From Tubiluchus corallicola (lineage: Eukaryota; Animalia; Priapulida), in assembly GCA_030141605.1 (NCBI GenBank), contig JAQGDQ010000100.1, positions 186,001 through 250,000 of the forward strand: DNA of 64,000 bases. Reading direction: 5' to 3'. The position numbers and the translations under genes are program-made. Within the stretch, counting starts at the first letter, position 1; each line of letters opens with the position of its first letter. A model generated the notes under the pieces. The model was not told where the DNA came from. It made no database searches and was given only the letters and a program-made list of their open reading frames with translations. This document shows positions 51,935-64,000 of the stretch, piece by piece.

Positions 51935-52143
51935 CTGAAATCTACACAGAAAGGCAAAACTTTAGAAAGAAAAAATGGTGTTGATTTATAATTTAAAAGC
52001 TGATAATTTGACCAACATCTAATGATTGCGCAACTGCTGAAATCTACACAGAAATGCAGAACTCTAGAGAGAGAAAAATGGTATTGTTTTGTAATTTGAA
52101 AGCTGATAATTTGACTAACACCTAAGTAATGATTGCGCAACTG
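51935..52143. repeat. Tandem duplication (102 bp and 107 bp units) spanning the UPF1 pre-ATG splice acceptor
   Basis: Both units start CTGAAATCTACACAGAAA and end AATGATTGCGCAACTG. Units are 51935-52036 and 52037-52143. Confidence 0.9.
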
Positions 52144-53749
52144 CTGCAGTTTGGTAATGGAAGCAGAAATGTGTGGGAACAAACCTGAGAAAATTTTTGA
52201 AAAATATACACGATGACGCATTTAATCACTTGATGCACTTTTAGGATAAACATGTTATAAGAAGAAAACTTTGCATTGCATCAAATGATTGTAACACAAA
52301 TAAAATTTGATGTCATGCCATTCAGCATACAAAGATGTATGGAATATCTGGAAATAATTCTTTCTGTGTTAAAACAGTGATTTTGTCATTAGAGTTGGGT
52401 ATTAGCCTCAGGATATCACAAGTGAGGCAAGAAGGGCAATAATAGTAATGAAAATTTTTAAGGTCTTTCTTGCATATGTATTTGATCATTTCAAGATATT
52501 TTCCACTCATCAAGCACAATTCCTGAGTAACATGATTTTATAATGGTGGCCAGCACATATCAAAAATGATGGATACATCCGGACCAACAGGCCAATTTCT
52601 TTTTAATAATATTAGAGTAGATTTCCACATTTCCATCGTGTGCAATAAGCCATGATCACCACTCGTGCAAAATTTTTTAATAACAGTTTCTGACATGCAT
52701 GTCTGATATCAGTGTGCCATTAGCCATGTCTAATACGGTGGTTACGATATACATATGATCAAAATTATTTAGTGTCTTGCTTAATGTTGTCGAAACTTTT
52801 TTTGTTGGCCATGAGTGGGACAATGTTAATGCAACTGATATGACATTACTATTCCTTGAAAACAGCAAATCGTAATGGCTAGGAAGTTTTGTTTGTAAGC
52901 CCAGCATTTGTAATATACATGTATATTTAATCATTAACACTAGTCTAAATCAGTCTGGCTTAATGTTATTTGTTAACACTACATAGTTATATCCTCCAAG
53001 GCAATATCAGAATAAACTAGGCAATAGAAATTTAGGTTTGATTTCTGTGTTTAATCTGGAAAGCCATAAAATATCTCATGATTTGATAAAGTAAAAATCA
53101 TGCCACAATAACACATTTTTGTGTAGATTTTTTAAAACCATGTAAGTCATTTGGAACCAATTAGAACAGTATCTGTCTCAGATTTAGGAGCACAAAATGT
53201 TGATTTTGCTTGCAATACTAAAAAGTTTAAATCAGTAAGACAAGATACTGCGTAACTCTAAACTCGGTAGTCATTAGACTCCCACCGTAGATTAAGGATA
53301 CACATAATTTGCTTTGCTATTTCAAATAATGTGCAACAAGTGTTTGTTTATATGATTAGCGAAGCAAGACTAATGCTTGAATATAAAAGACAAAAAGGTC
53401 ATTAACACTGTGGTCCTTGTATAAGAATGCATGTACACAAATGCTAGGCTTCGCTCTGCTGATCTCTGGTAATAAAGATAATAATTATATGTATGTTTGC
53501 ATTTTTATTGAATTAATGTAATTATAAGGTTCTGATTAATTGCCACTGGCATAATATTAATCATTTAATGTTACTAACATCCAATTAGAAGTAACTGACT
53601 GGGTGACCATATGGTCTTTCGTCACCTCTGCTCGTACTTATATGTATAATAATAATATGCACTAACAGTAACATCTTAACTACTGTACTAGTACTAAGTT
53701 TATGAAGCTAAATATATTTACTATTACTATATCCTTGTGTTGCTGCATT

Positions 53750-54800
53750 TAAACCCGCGTTTGGCTAATACCATTTCCCCAATGGCTTTTAAGTTGTTCG
53801 TCTCGGCAAGTGCGCATGCGCCAATATCGTCTTGTCAAAAATCCTAACACGAAACTTAAAAACTAACAGAGACAATCTGACGCATTTCGGTTATTAATTC
53901 GCGGGAACCACCTAAACTACAAACTACCCAACTGAGCCTTAACGACCAAGAAGGTATCATTAATAAAAATAAGGAAAAACGTACGTTGCAACAGCTTTCT
54001 CATACTCTCAAACTAAGAACGAAAAATTCTACCATTTCGCCTCATTGTCAAATGACGTAATTTATTTGGCTCGAAAGCTTGCCTAAGATTCCTGAACAGA
54101 GGCTCTTTAGATCTTTTTCCACGACCCATCCATTCAAAGTACAAGGCTCACCCTGTCTTTATCGGCAAATACAATGCTTTTATAGAGGTATTCTCAACTC
54201 TAAGTATTAAACGTTTGAAATTTCCGCACGACTTCATTAATTTTTTATACTATATTACAGTAATTATTTCTGTACACGGCACAACTACAGTACATTATAA
54301 AGTATATTATTAGAACAAGGACAACATGTACAGGACTGTATGCATTGTAACGTTCTTTTGTTGTATCTTGATATAATACCAATAATGTCCATGGGTGCGA
54401 AATAAAATGATTCTCATTCTTATTCTAGAAAATAAAAAACATTGAACCGTATGTTGGATTCTAAATTTTCCCAATAAATTATATTCCTTCACAAGATTTT
54501 TTGCACGTTCTTTTATGGCAGGACCGGATCCCAGTTCAGTATTAAAGTCCAGGAAGTATTGAACAGGCAGAGGTGTCACAGTCACAATCAAATGCATATG
54601 CATCTTTCCAAAATCAGCAAAATAATTTGGCATAGCAGTAAAAGGAACTTTTCAAAGTGAGATTCCTAAGAGGTCTCCCAACTAATCAGTTGCCAAGTTC
54701 GACATTGCTTCACTTCGATAGCCAATCACAAGCCGTGATTACTCGCTGTTACGTATATGCAAAAATCAACATGATTGGCTATTAAAATCGTCTGACGTTA
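53750..54800. promoter_or_regulatory. Probable UPF1 promoter / 5' non-coding exon region
   Basis: Locally CpG-richer. NRF1-type TGCGCATGCGC at 53811 with an adjacent CCAAT, E2F-like TTCGCGGGAA near 53898, CCAAT/ATTGG boxes at about 54722 and 54773, TGACGT sites. Strong minus-strand donor AGG|GTGAG at 54151. Confidence 0.45.
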
Positions 54801-57159
54801 CAAATTTACTTTTCTGCTTTAAAAAGTTGACCAAATTTTTTATCATGTGATCGATATTAATCAATACACATAGTTATAATGATGTACTATTTTTTATTTT
54901 TTTATTTTGCATTATCTAACTGCGCCTTAAAAAGAACTGGCAAAAAGTTTTTTTGGAAAACAAGATTACGTCATTAGGAAAGCCTAAATGAATCTTGTCT
55001 TGGAAGATATGATTTGTTACAGACCTTTGTGGTGTGAATGTTTTTTAAAGGAAAATTCTGCTTGACATAATCACGGAATTGTACATCAATAAAGGTAGTA
55101 ATAATAATGGAAGTAACATGCAAGCAGACTTACTTACGCTTTTAAGATTAAACAAATACATGACTAGCACTAACTCTGTTACATTTGTTTACAAATTTTA
55201 TTATGAATTACTAATTACTTCCAGCATTTTTTAAAATTTTACTCCAGGATGTCATACTCATGTCATACTCACCATATATATATATGCACCAGATTTTCAT
55301 CTATATTAACTATTATGCCAAGTATACATACAGCACTACGCTGCACGCAACTAATATATTTCAGCAAAACAACTAAACATAATGCGGCGAAACTTTCATG
55401 GAATCCTGCTGCTAGCTTAACTAATGTAAATAATTTAAGTAACTTTACAAAAGCGGTTAAATTAATCCTGTTTGAACTTTATTTATAATCTATCCTGTAA
55501 TTAAGTGTGCTCTAGATGCATCTGCTTTACGAATAATTTTAGTATCTGAGAGCAACTTTCCAGAGTTTTTCATTTATTCAAAATGTTCATAGGTCTATAC
55601 TTTGAGCCATAGATGTAAGCTGTAAATTTACTTTAAGATGTAGTAGTTGTACCCTAAATTTGTCACAGCTAAAATTACAAGACGAATCTTTATGATTTTC
55701 AATTGAATTAATATTGTACATGGTAGCATGCATGACGAAGATTAGAGAGCACTGCCTCCTTACAACCATGCACAAATTTTATTATTAGTATGTTGTTGTG
55801 TAACTTGTATTCGCTGTTGTAAAATGAATAATTATTATTCTATTCCAAAAAATACCAATAGGATAATCTATCTGATTATGCAGTACATCAAGGCAAACTA
55901 TTGTTATAACCAAGCGACCTAGGCAGGTGACGACACAATGTAGCAGGGTCAGTCTGGAAGGGTACCAACGAGAAAGTTGCGGTGTAATGTCTGTTGTGTC
56001 ATGTTATGGTCACCTCTGTCTTTTCTTGATGAAACGTCTATTATTTTGAAATAAAGTATTACATTTTGAGTTATATATAACCATCGTGTTGAAGAGTTAT
56101 GTCTACTCTAAGTGATTCTCGTATGGAGAAGTCGGTCGGACTTGAGCAAAATACCGGTGGTACGTCTTAACAGTATAATAACTGCAAGGTAGGTTTTCCC
56201 GCTGAATAGTGCACTATTTCTAGCTATAAATGATTAAAAACAATAATATCAAAATTATTATTTCATGGAATTAATGTGAAGGAATATATTGTTTTGCCCT
56301 GGTTTGTAGGTGTCCCACAAAGAAAAAAAGTGGAAAGGTTTGCCATATTGATTTGTTTGCTTGCGGAAAAAATTGTGGTATGAAGTTTATGTTTTTAGTC
56401 TTTTACTGGAGTGTCTTTTTTGAAAATTCCAGTTTACGGTGTTGGCAAAGTCCTATTATTTTGGATTTAGTAAGTTTGCCAACTTAAGAAGTTTGTTTTT
56501 TTCTGAGGAGAACTATTCTTTTAACAAATGTTTTCTAAATTCTATTATGGCTTTAGCATGAGCTTTGCAAAACTATTTCGCTTTCAAATTCAAGCCAATG
56601 CCATTTACAAGTTTTCAGTGATAACCTGCTATTGTTATTATCCACTGCATATTTCAGGAGTAACCTGTATATGTGTAGGAATATTTACCAAAATTTAATA
56701 GCTCAGCTGGCCACACGGCTTTGATGTTGAGCTGTCAATTTGCTTTTGAAGATACAAACATGTTAATGTGCTAAACACACATTGTTTGACAAGGCATGTT
56801 AGGAGCCAACAACAGCTAAATTTGGGTAAATGGGCTGAAGAGTAGCTACTAAAATTCTTTACCGTAATAATAATAATAATAATAATAATGATCTTTTATT
56901 TATCTTTTAACACACACAGTTACAATACAATTAATTTAGCAACAAAAATGTGAAGAAAGGGCAGCGTAGATTGACAGGGCAAATCCTAAGTATAAGTGGG
57001 CTTTTTTACCCATAGTTGTCTCTCTTATTAAACCTCTTAATTGTTTTATCACACGTTTTCTTGCTCGTGTTATACATTTATGTTATCTCTCTAAAGTTGT
57101 CTCTCAAGTGGAAGTGCCACCTAGCAGCAGTTGTCATGATATGGTGAGGAAGCCATAAC

Positions 57160-57850
57160 AGTGACATTAAAATGCAAAGTAATTCAATTTGGAAATAGGA
57201 ACCCAAAATTTAATTATCACATGATTGAAAATAGAAGGATAAGTGTTCTAGAAGAAGGGGAAGAGAAAAAAGACTTGAGAGTTATATTTGACACGACACT
57301 GAAACCAAGTCGACATGTAGTAGTTCTACAAGTGATAAAGAAAGCTAACCAATGAGTCGGTCTGACAGGCAGAAGCTTTATCTACCTAGCTAAAGAGATG
57401 TTTTCCCAGCTATACAAATCGATTGTAAGACTTCTGTGGGAATACGCATATGTTGTGTGATACAGCTCAACTCGAAGATGTAAGAAAAATGGAAGTAGTA
57501 CAGCGCAGAGCATCAAAATTGTTAACACGTACAAAAGATCTGCTTTACACCAAAATATTGAAGTTCCTTAATTGGTCATTGCTGAACTACGGGATCAGGA
57601 GAGACCTGATACAAGTGTATCGTATAATAAACAACATAGATAACATTGCTGGAGAAAATTTCTCCACGAAAGCCACATACACCAAAGCTCGAGGCGCGCA
57701 CAAAATCTATACAAAAAGCAAAGCAGGCTGAGCCTGAAACTAAACTTTTTCTCGAGGAGAGTGATAAACATATGGAATGAGCTACCACAGGAGACCATAG
57801 TTGCTAAGACTGTAAATTGTTTTAAAGGAAAAGTAGACAAATCTCTGCAT
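57160..57850 (+). mobile_element. Decayed CR1-like LINE 3' fragment
   Basis: KCKVIQFG, EKKDLRVIFD, KKANQ, LYKSIVR, EVVQRRASKL, RRDLIQVYRII and RVINIWNELP, typical of the CR1 ORF2 C-terminus. Stops and frameshifts present. Confidence 0.85.
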
Positions 57851-58261
57851 CATCTGAAACACACATACATGTAAACACCAGTGAAGAGCCACCTCGTTTT
57901 TGTGCAAGTGAAATTTTTAAATCTTTAGTCTGATATAATGTATGGGCAGAATAAGGTGTAGACCTTAAAGAAGAGCTCGAAGACAAAGATATAAAGATAA
58001 CTCTTTCAATAAAAAATGGCCTCTTGTGTTTAGTAGGATAGAAACCCTGGAACAGTTTTGCCGAATATTCAGGTAGATCATGGTCACAACGAGTTGGGAC
58101 AAAGTCATCTTTAGATGGTCTCAAGATGGTCAGCTTCTTCAAAATTTTGTAACAATGTATAAGGTCTATAATTCTGATACAGTGGTTAGACATCTTCAAC
58201 TTGTCCATCAGTCGTAATTGAAAGGAAACATCTATTAAAGTCGATTAACTATATTAACATG

Positions 58262-59077
58262 CAGTAGTTGCTGCTTAATAGACTCACGGTTAATAGACTC
58301 AGTCACTTAAATGACTCAAAAACGCCTGGAAAGGGTCGCTTCTATTCAAATGTACATAAAAACTATCGGTAATTGGCTCAAAGAACTTTGCTTAATTGAC
58401 TCAATATTTTTCCTTCACGTACTTAAAATAAGACATTTGTATGTGCCCAACAGTCTTTCCTACTTTTATGTCATCTTTACTTCCCTTTTCTGCATTATAT
58501 GTGTGGAAACAATTATGTTAAGTACCGTTTTGTGTGTAAACAGGTACATTTATCATGCTAGCGTAGCGGTTTTGCTTTGAATCTGTTACCCGCTCGCCCA
58601 CTGTTGCCCAAAGAATTTCTGGAAGCTAAACATTTAATCACTTGCCTAGCAGTTTCCTTTTGACGCTATAGTTGCAAATCACACTTTCAGGCTTAATGAG
58701 TTAATAGTCAAAGATGCAGGTACAGTAATCAGCCAGTATTCCTTGTGACTTAAAGAGTAAAGATCATACAGCAAATAAGGGCATAGAGTTAAGAAGTTTG
58801 AAAAATGGAGCATAAGCGTAAAGACCAAACACTTAATTTATTCTTAATTCACTTATATAAATTAATATTTTAAATTTTTTTCTAATTTTTAACTGCACAA
58901 AGAAATTTAGGCATTAGTTCGTTTCTAAAATTGATTAAAAGCCTTTGCAGTGCATAGTAAGCTGATGACTCATACTTCTATAGCAGTAATACTACACCCA
59001 TCAATTAATAGGTTCAGTCAGTTAATTGGGTCAAAACACATCGGTCCCAAAGTGAGTCTATTAAGCAGCGACTACTG
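58262..59077 (+). mobile_element. pogo/Tigger-derived non-autonomous element, copy 3 (both ends present)
   Basis: 26-bp TIR CAGTAGT(T/C)GCTGCTTAATAGACTCAC with one mismatch. Colinear with copies 1 and 2. TA flanks are mutated. Confidence 0.85.
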
Positions 59078-60995
59078 TTTTTCGGTGACCAGATGGTCAG
59101 AGCTTTGGCTGAACCAATACTTTGTACTATGGTACTATAACTTTAAGCGGCCTTGATAGAACAGTTCATTTAATTAAACCCGTGAATCTGTCTGATTACA
59201 TTTCGGGCCTAGTTATATGTGTCTCCATTTCAAGTTGTTTGATATTCATATATACCTAAATCTTTTCCATCAGTTGGCTGAGTAATCTCAGACCTCGAAG
59301 GTTTTTACCTAATATCATATTTTGGTCTTATGTCGATGGAAGCATCGAAAAGTTAGTTGGTTATGGTGTCAATAGGTACATGTCGCTCCATCATTCTGCA
59401 ATTGTTATGCAAATCCTTATGCAATTGTTTTAAATGTTGTCATTGTTGTGAAATTGTGATTGATTGATTTTTTACCTGTTTGAATTGTCTGTTTGTCAAC
59501 TGTTAAAGTCTTGTACAACCGTGTTATGTCTATTATAATTGTGTAAGGTAATTTCATTAAAGTTTGTCTATTATTTTGAATACACTAACAAAAGGCTTCA
59601 AGTAATTTAGATACTGATAACAAATACATATATTTCTTTTGTTACTAATGCAATTTTTATTATAAATTTATAATACATATATTTATTAAACATGTCTTGC
59701 AACAAGCTGCTAACAGTGTCAGCCCATAACTAATAAATATTAATGTTGTACAAATAGGGGTGGCTGCTAGGTGACTTCTTGGTCTTTTGCCACCCCGTCT
59801 TAATGTAGTGTTTATCAACTTAAAGAAACATTGTATATTATTATGCATAGCTTTAAATGAGACGAATATATCTAAATCTAATCTAATCTAATCGTGTTCT
59901 GGCTTTGCAATTTACTTTTTGCGAGTATATGTAAGAGCTCAAGTGATTACATACTTATTCTTTATGAGAAGTGCTTCCACTCAAATCATGTACAGTGTGC
60001 AGGAAGTGTTCGGTGACCATCTTAAATTGTTTTCTGATGAAGCCAGTTACAAAAATTAACTCTGATTTCATCTAAACACTCACTAAAAATTTTCTTCTTC
60101 ACCTTTGACCTAAAGTGTTCTTTTTATGAAGACAATAATCTCAACCCTTATTTCTTTATCCTTTATCCTTATTCTTTATCCGTCCATCGTTCCCTTTAAA
60201 AATGCTAGTTGTGTACAGTCTTTGTGCCTTGCATACTGGATACGATCATTTTTCTTTTTTAATGTAATATGTAGTTTAAAAAAGAATAGCCTATTTATAT
60301 TGAGATTATTGAGCTAATTTATTCAGATTGATTGTACAGACTTAGTGCTTGCTATTGAATTCACCCTAATTAATCATTAATATTGTTGCTATTAAGATAG
60401 CATTTTGAATGAAGAAAAAATGAGACAGATTACATTCGGTTATTTTTTCGAAATAAATTGCAAATTTGATAAAATTGATCTGTTTGAACTTGAAAAGTGA
60501 AATTTACATTCCATTCTAACTTGCTTAAAAATTGATAATGAAAACAACATCCACATGGAGTCAGTAAGTCTATGGCACTGCTTGCTCAATACGAATACAT
60601 TAAATTATCACTCTAGACTTAAATTTTTTATTTATTTGAAATATTTTTAAATTAAAAATCAATATATCTACTAGTGTGCGGGCTTCTATTTCAGTTAAGG
60701 AATTAGTGATGTTCTTTTGAAATGAAATTGACTCTCACATTATGTAAATACATTCCATTGTTTCTTATGAAGGGGCCATTCCACATCACTCTCCTCATTT
60801 CTAATCTCTGTTGTTTTTATACTGCATTATCAAATACGTAGAGTTACAAACCAACTTGAAATTTTTGAAGACAGTTAAAAAAGTAGTTTACTATAGATTG
60901 CATTCTAATGTTGATTATGTTTGGCTTTTTCCAGTGTATATAATGGTATTACGATATCATAGTATTATCTAAAGAAGGCATAAAGAAAGACAGAC

Positions 60996-63836
<2,841 letters not shown>

Positions 63837-64000
63837 GTATATAGCTTTTTAAGGTAAAAGTGGGGGTTTTCATTATTAATGACAAGGTACAACTTTAGTT
63901 GCTATTAATTACATTTTCGGTTTCTTTTTTGTAGGAATGTGCATTTATATTCTTAATCGGATGACTCATTTTTTTTAAAATATCAGTATTAAAATATTAT

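Overview
AT-rich, intron-rich genomic DNA from an invertebrate animal. I assembled four host genes exon by exon, with consistent splice phases: DCTN1/p150Glued (+, 26 coding exons, 3030-24112, about 1328 aa), DDRGK1/UFBP1 (-, 6 exons, 25030-34169, 299 aa), UPF1 (-, 21 coding exons, 39446-51932, about 1111 aa) and the 5' part of an AF9/ENL-type YEATS gene (+, from 60996, continuing past the window). Introns and intergenic DNA hold many mobile elements: a young but internally deleted P-element/THAP9-type transposon with a perfect 8-bp TSD and split, asymmetric ends; several pogo/Tc1-type MITEs; CR1/L2-like LINE fragments; an RTE-like 5' fragment; and a Penelope-like inverted-repeat insert with a minimal hammerhead ribozyme inside a UPF1 intron. 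Best leads: (1) the hammerhead pair, intact antisense to UPF1 and broken in the sense orientation; (2) five SxIP (EB-binding-type) motifs in p150Glued; (3) a duplicated splice acceptor before the UPF1 start codon that could add a uORF; (4) a 166-triplet poly-Ser microsatellite in frame with the YEATS exon. All calls come from manual reading; no database searches were run.
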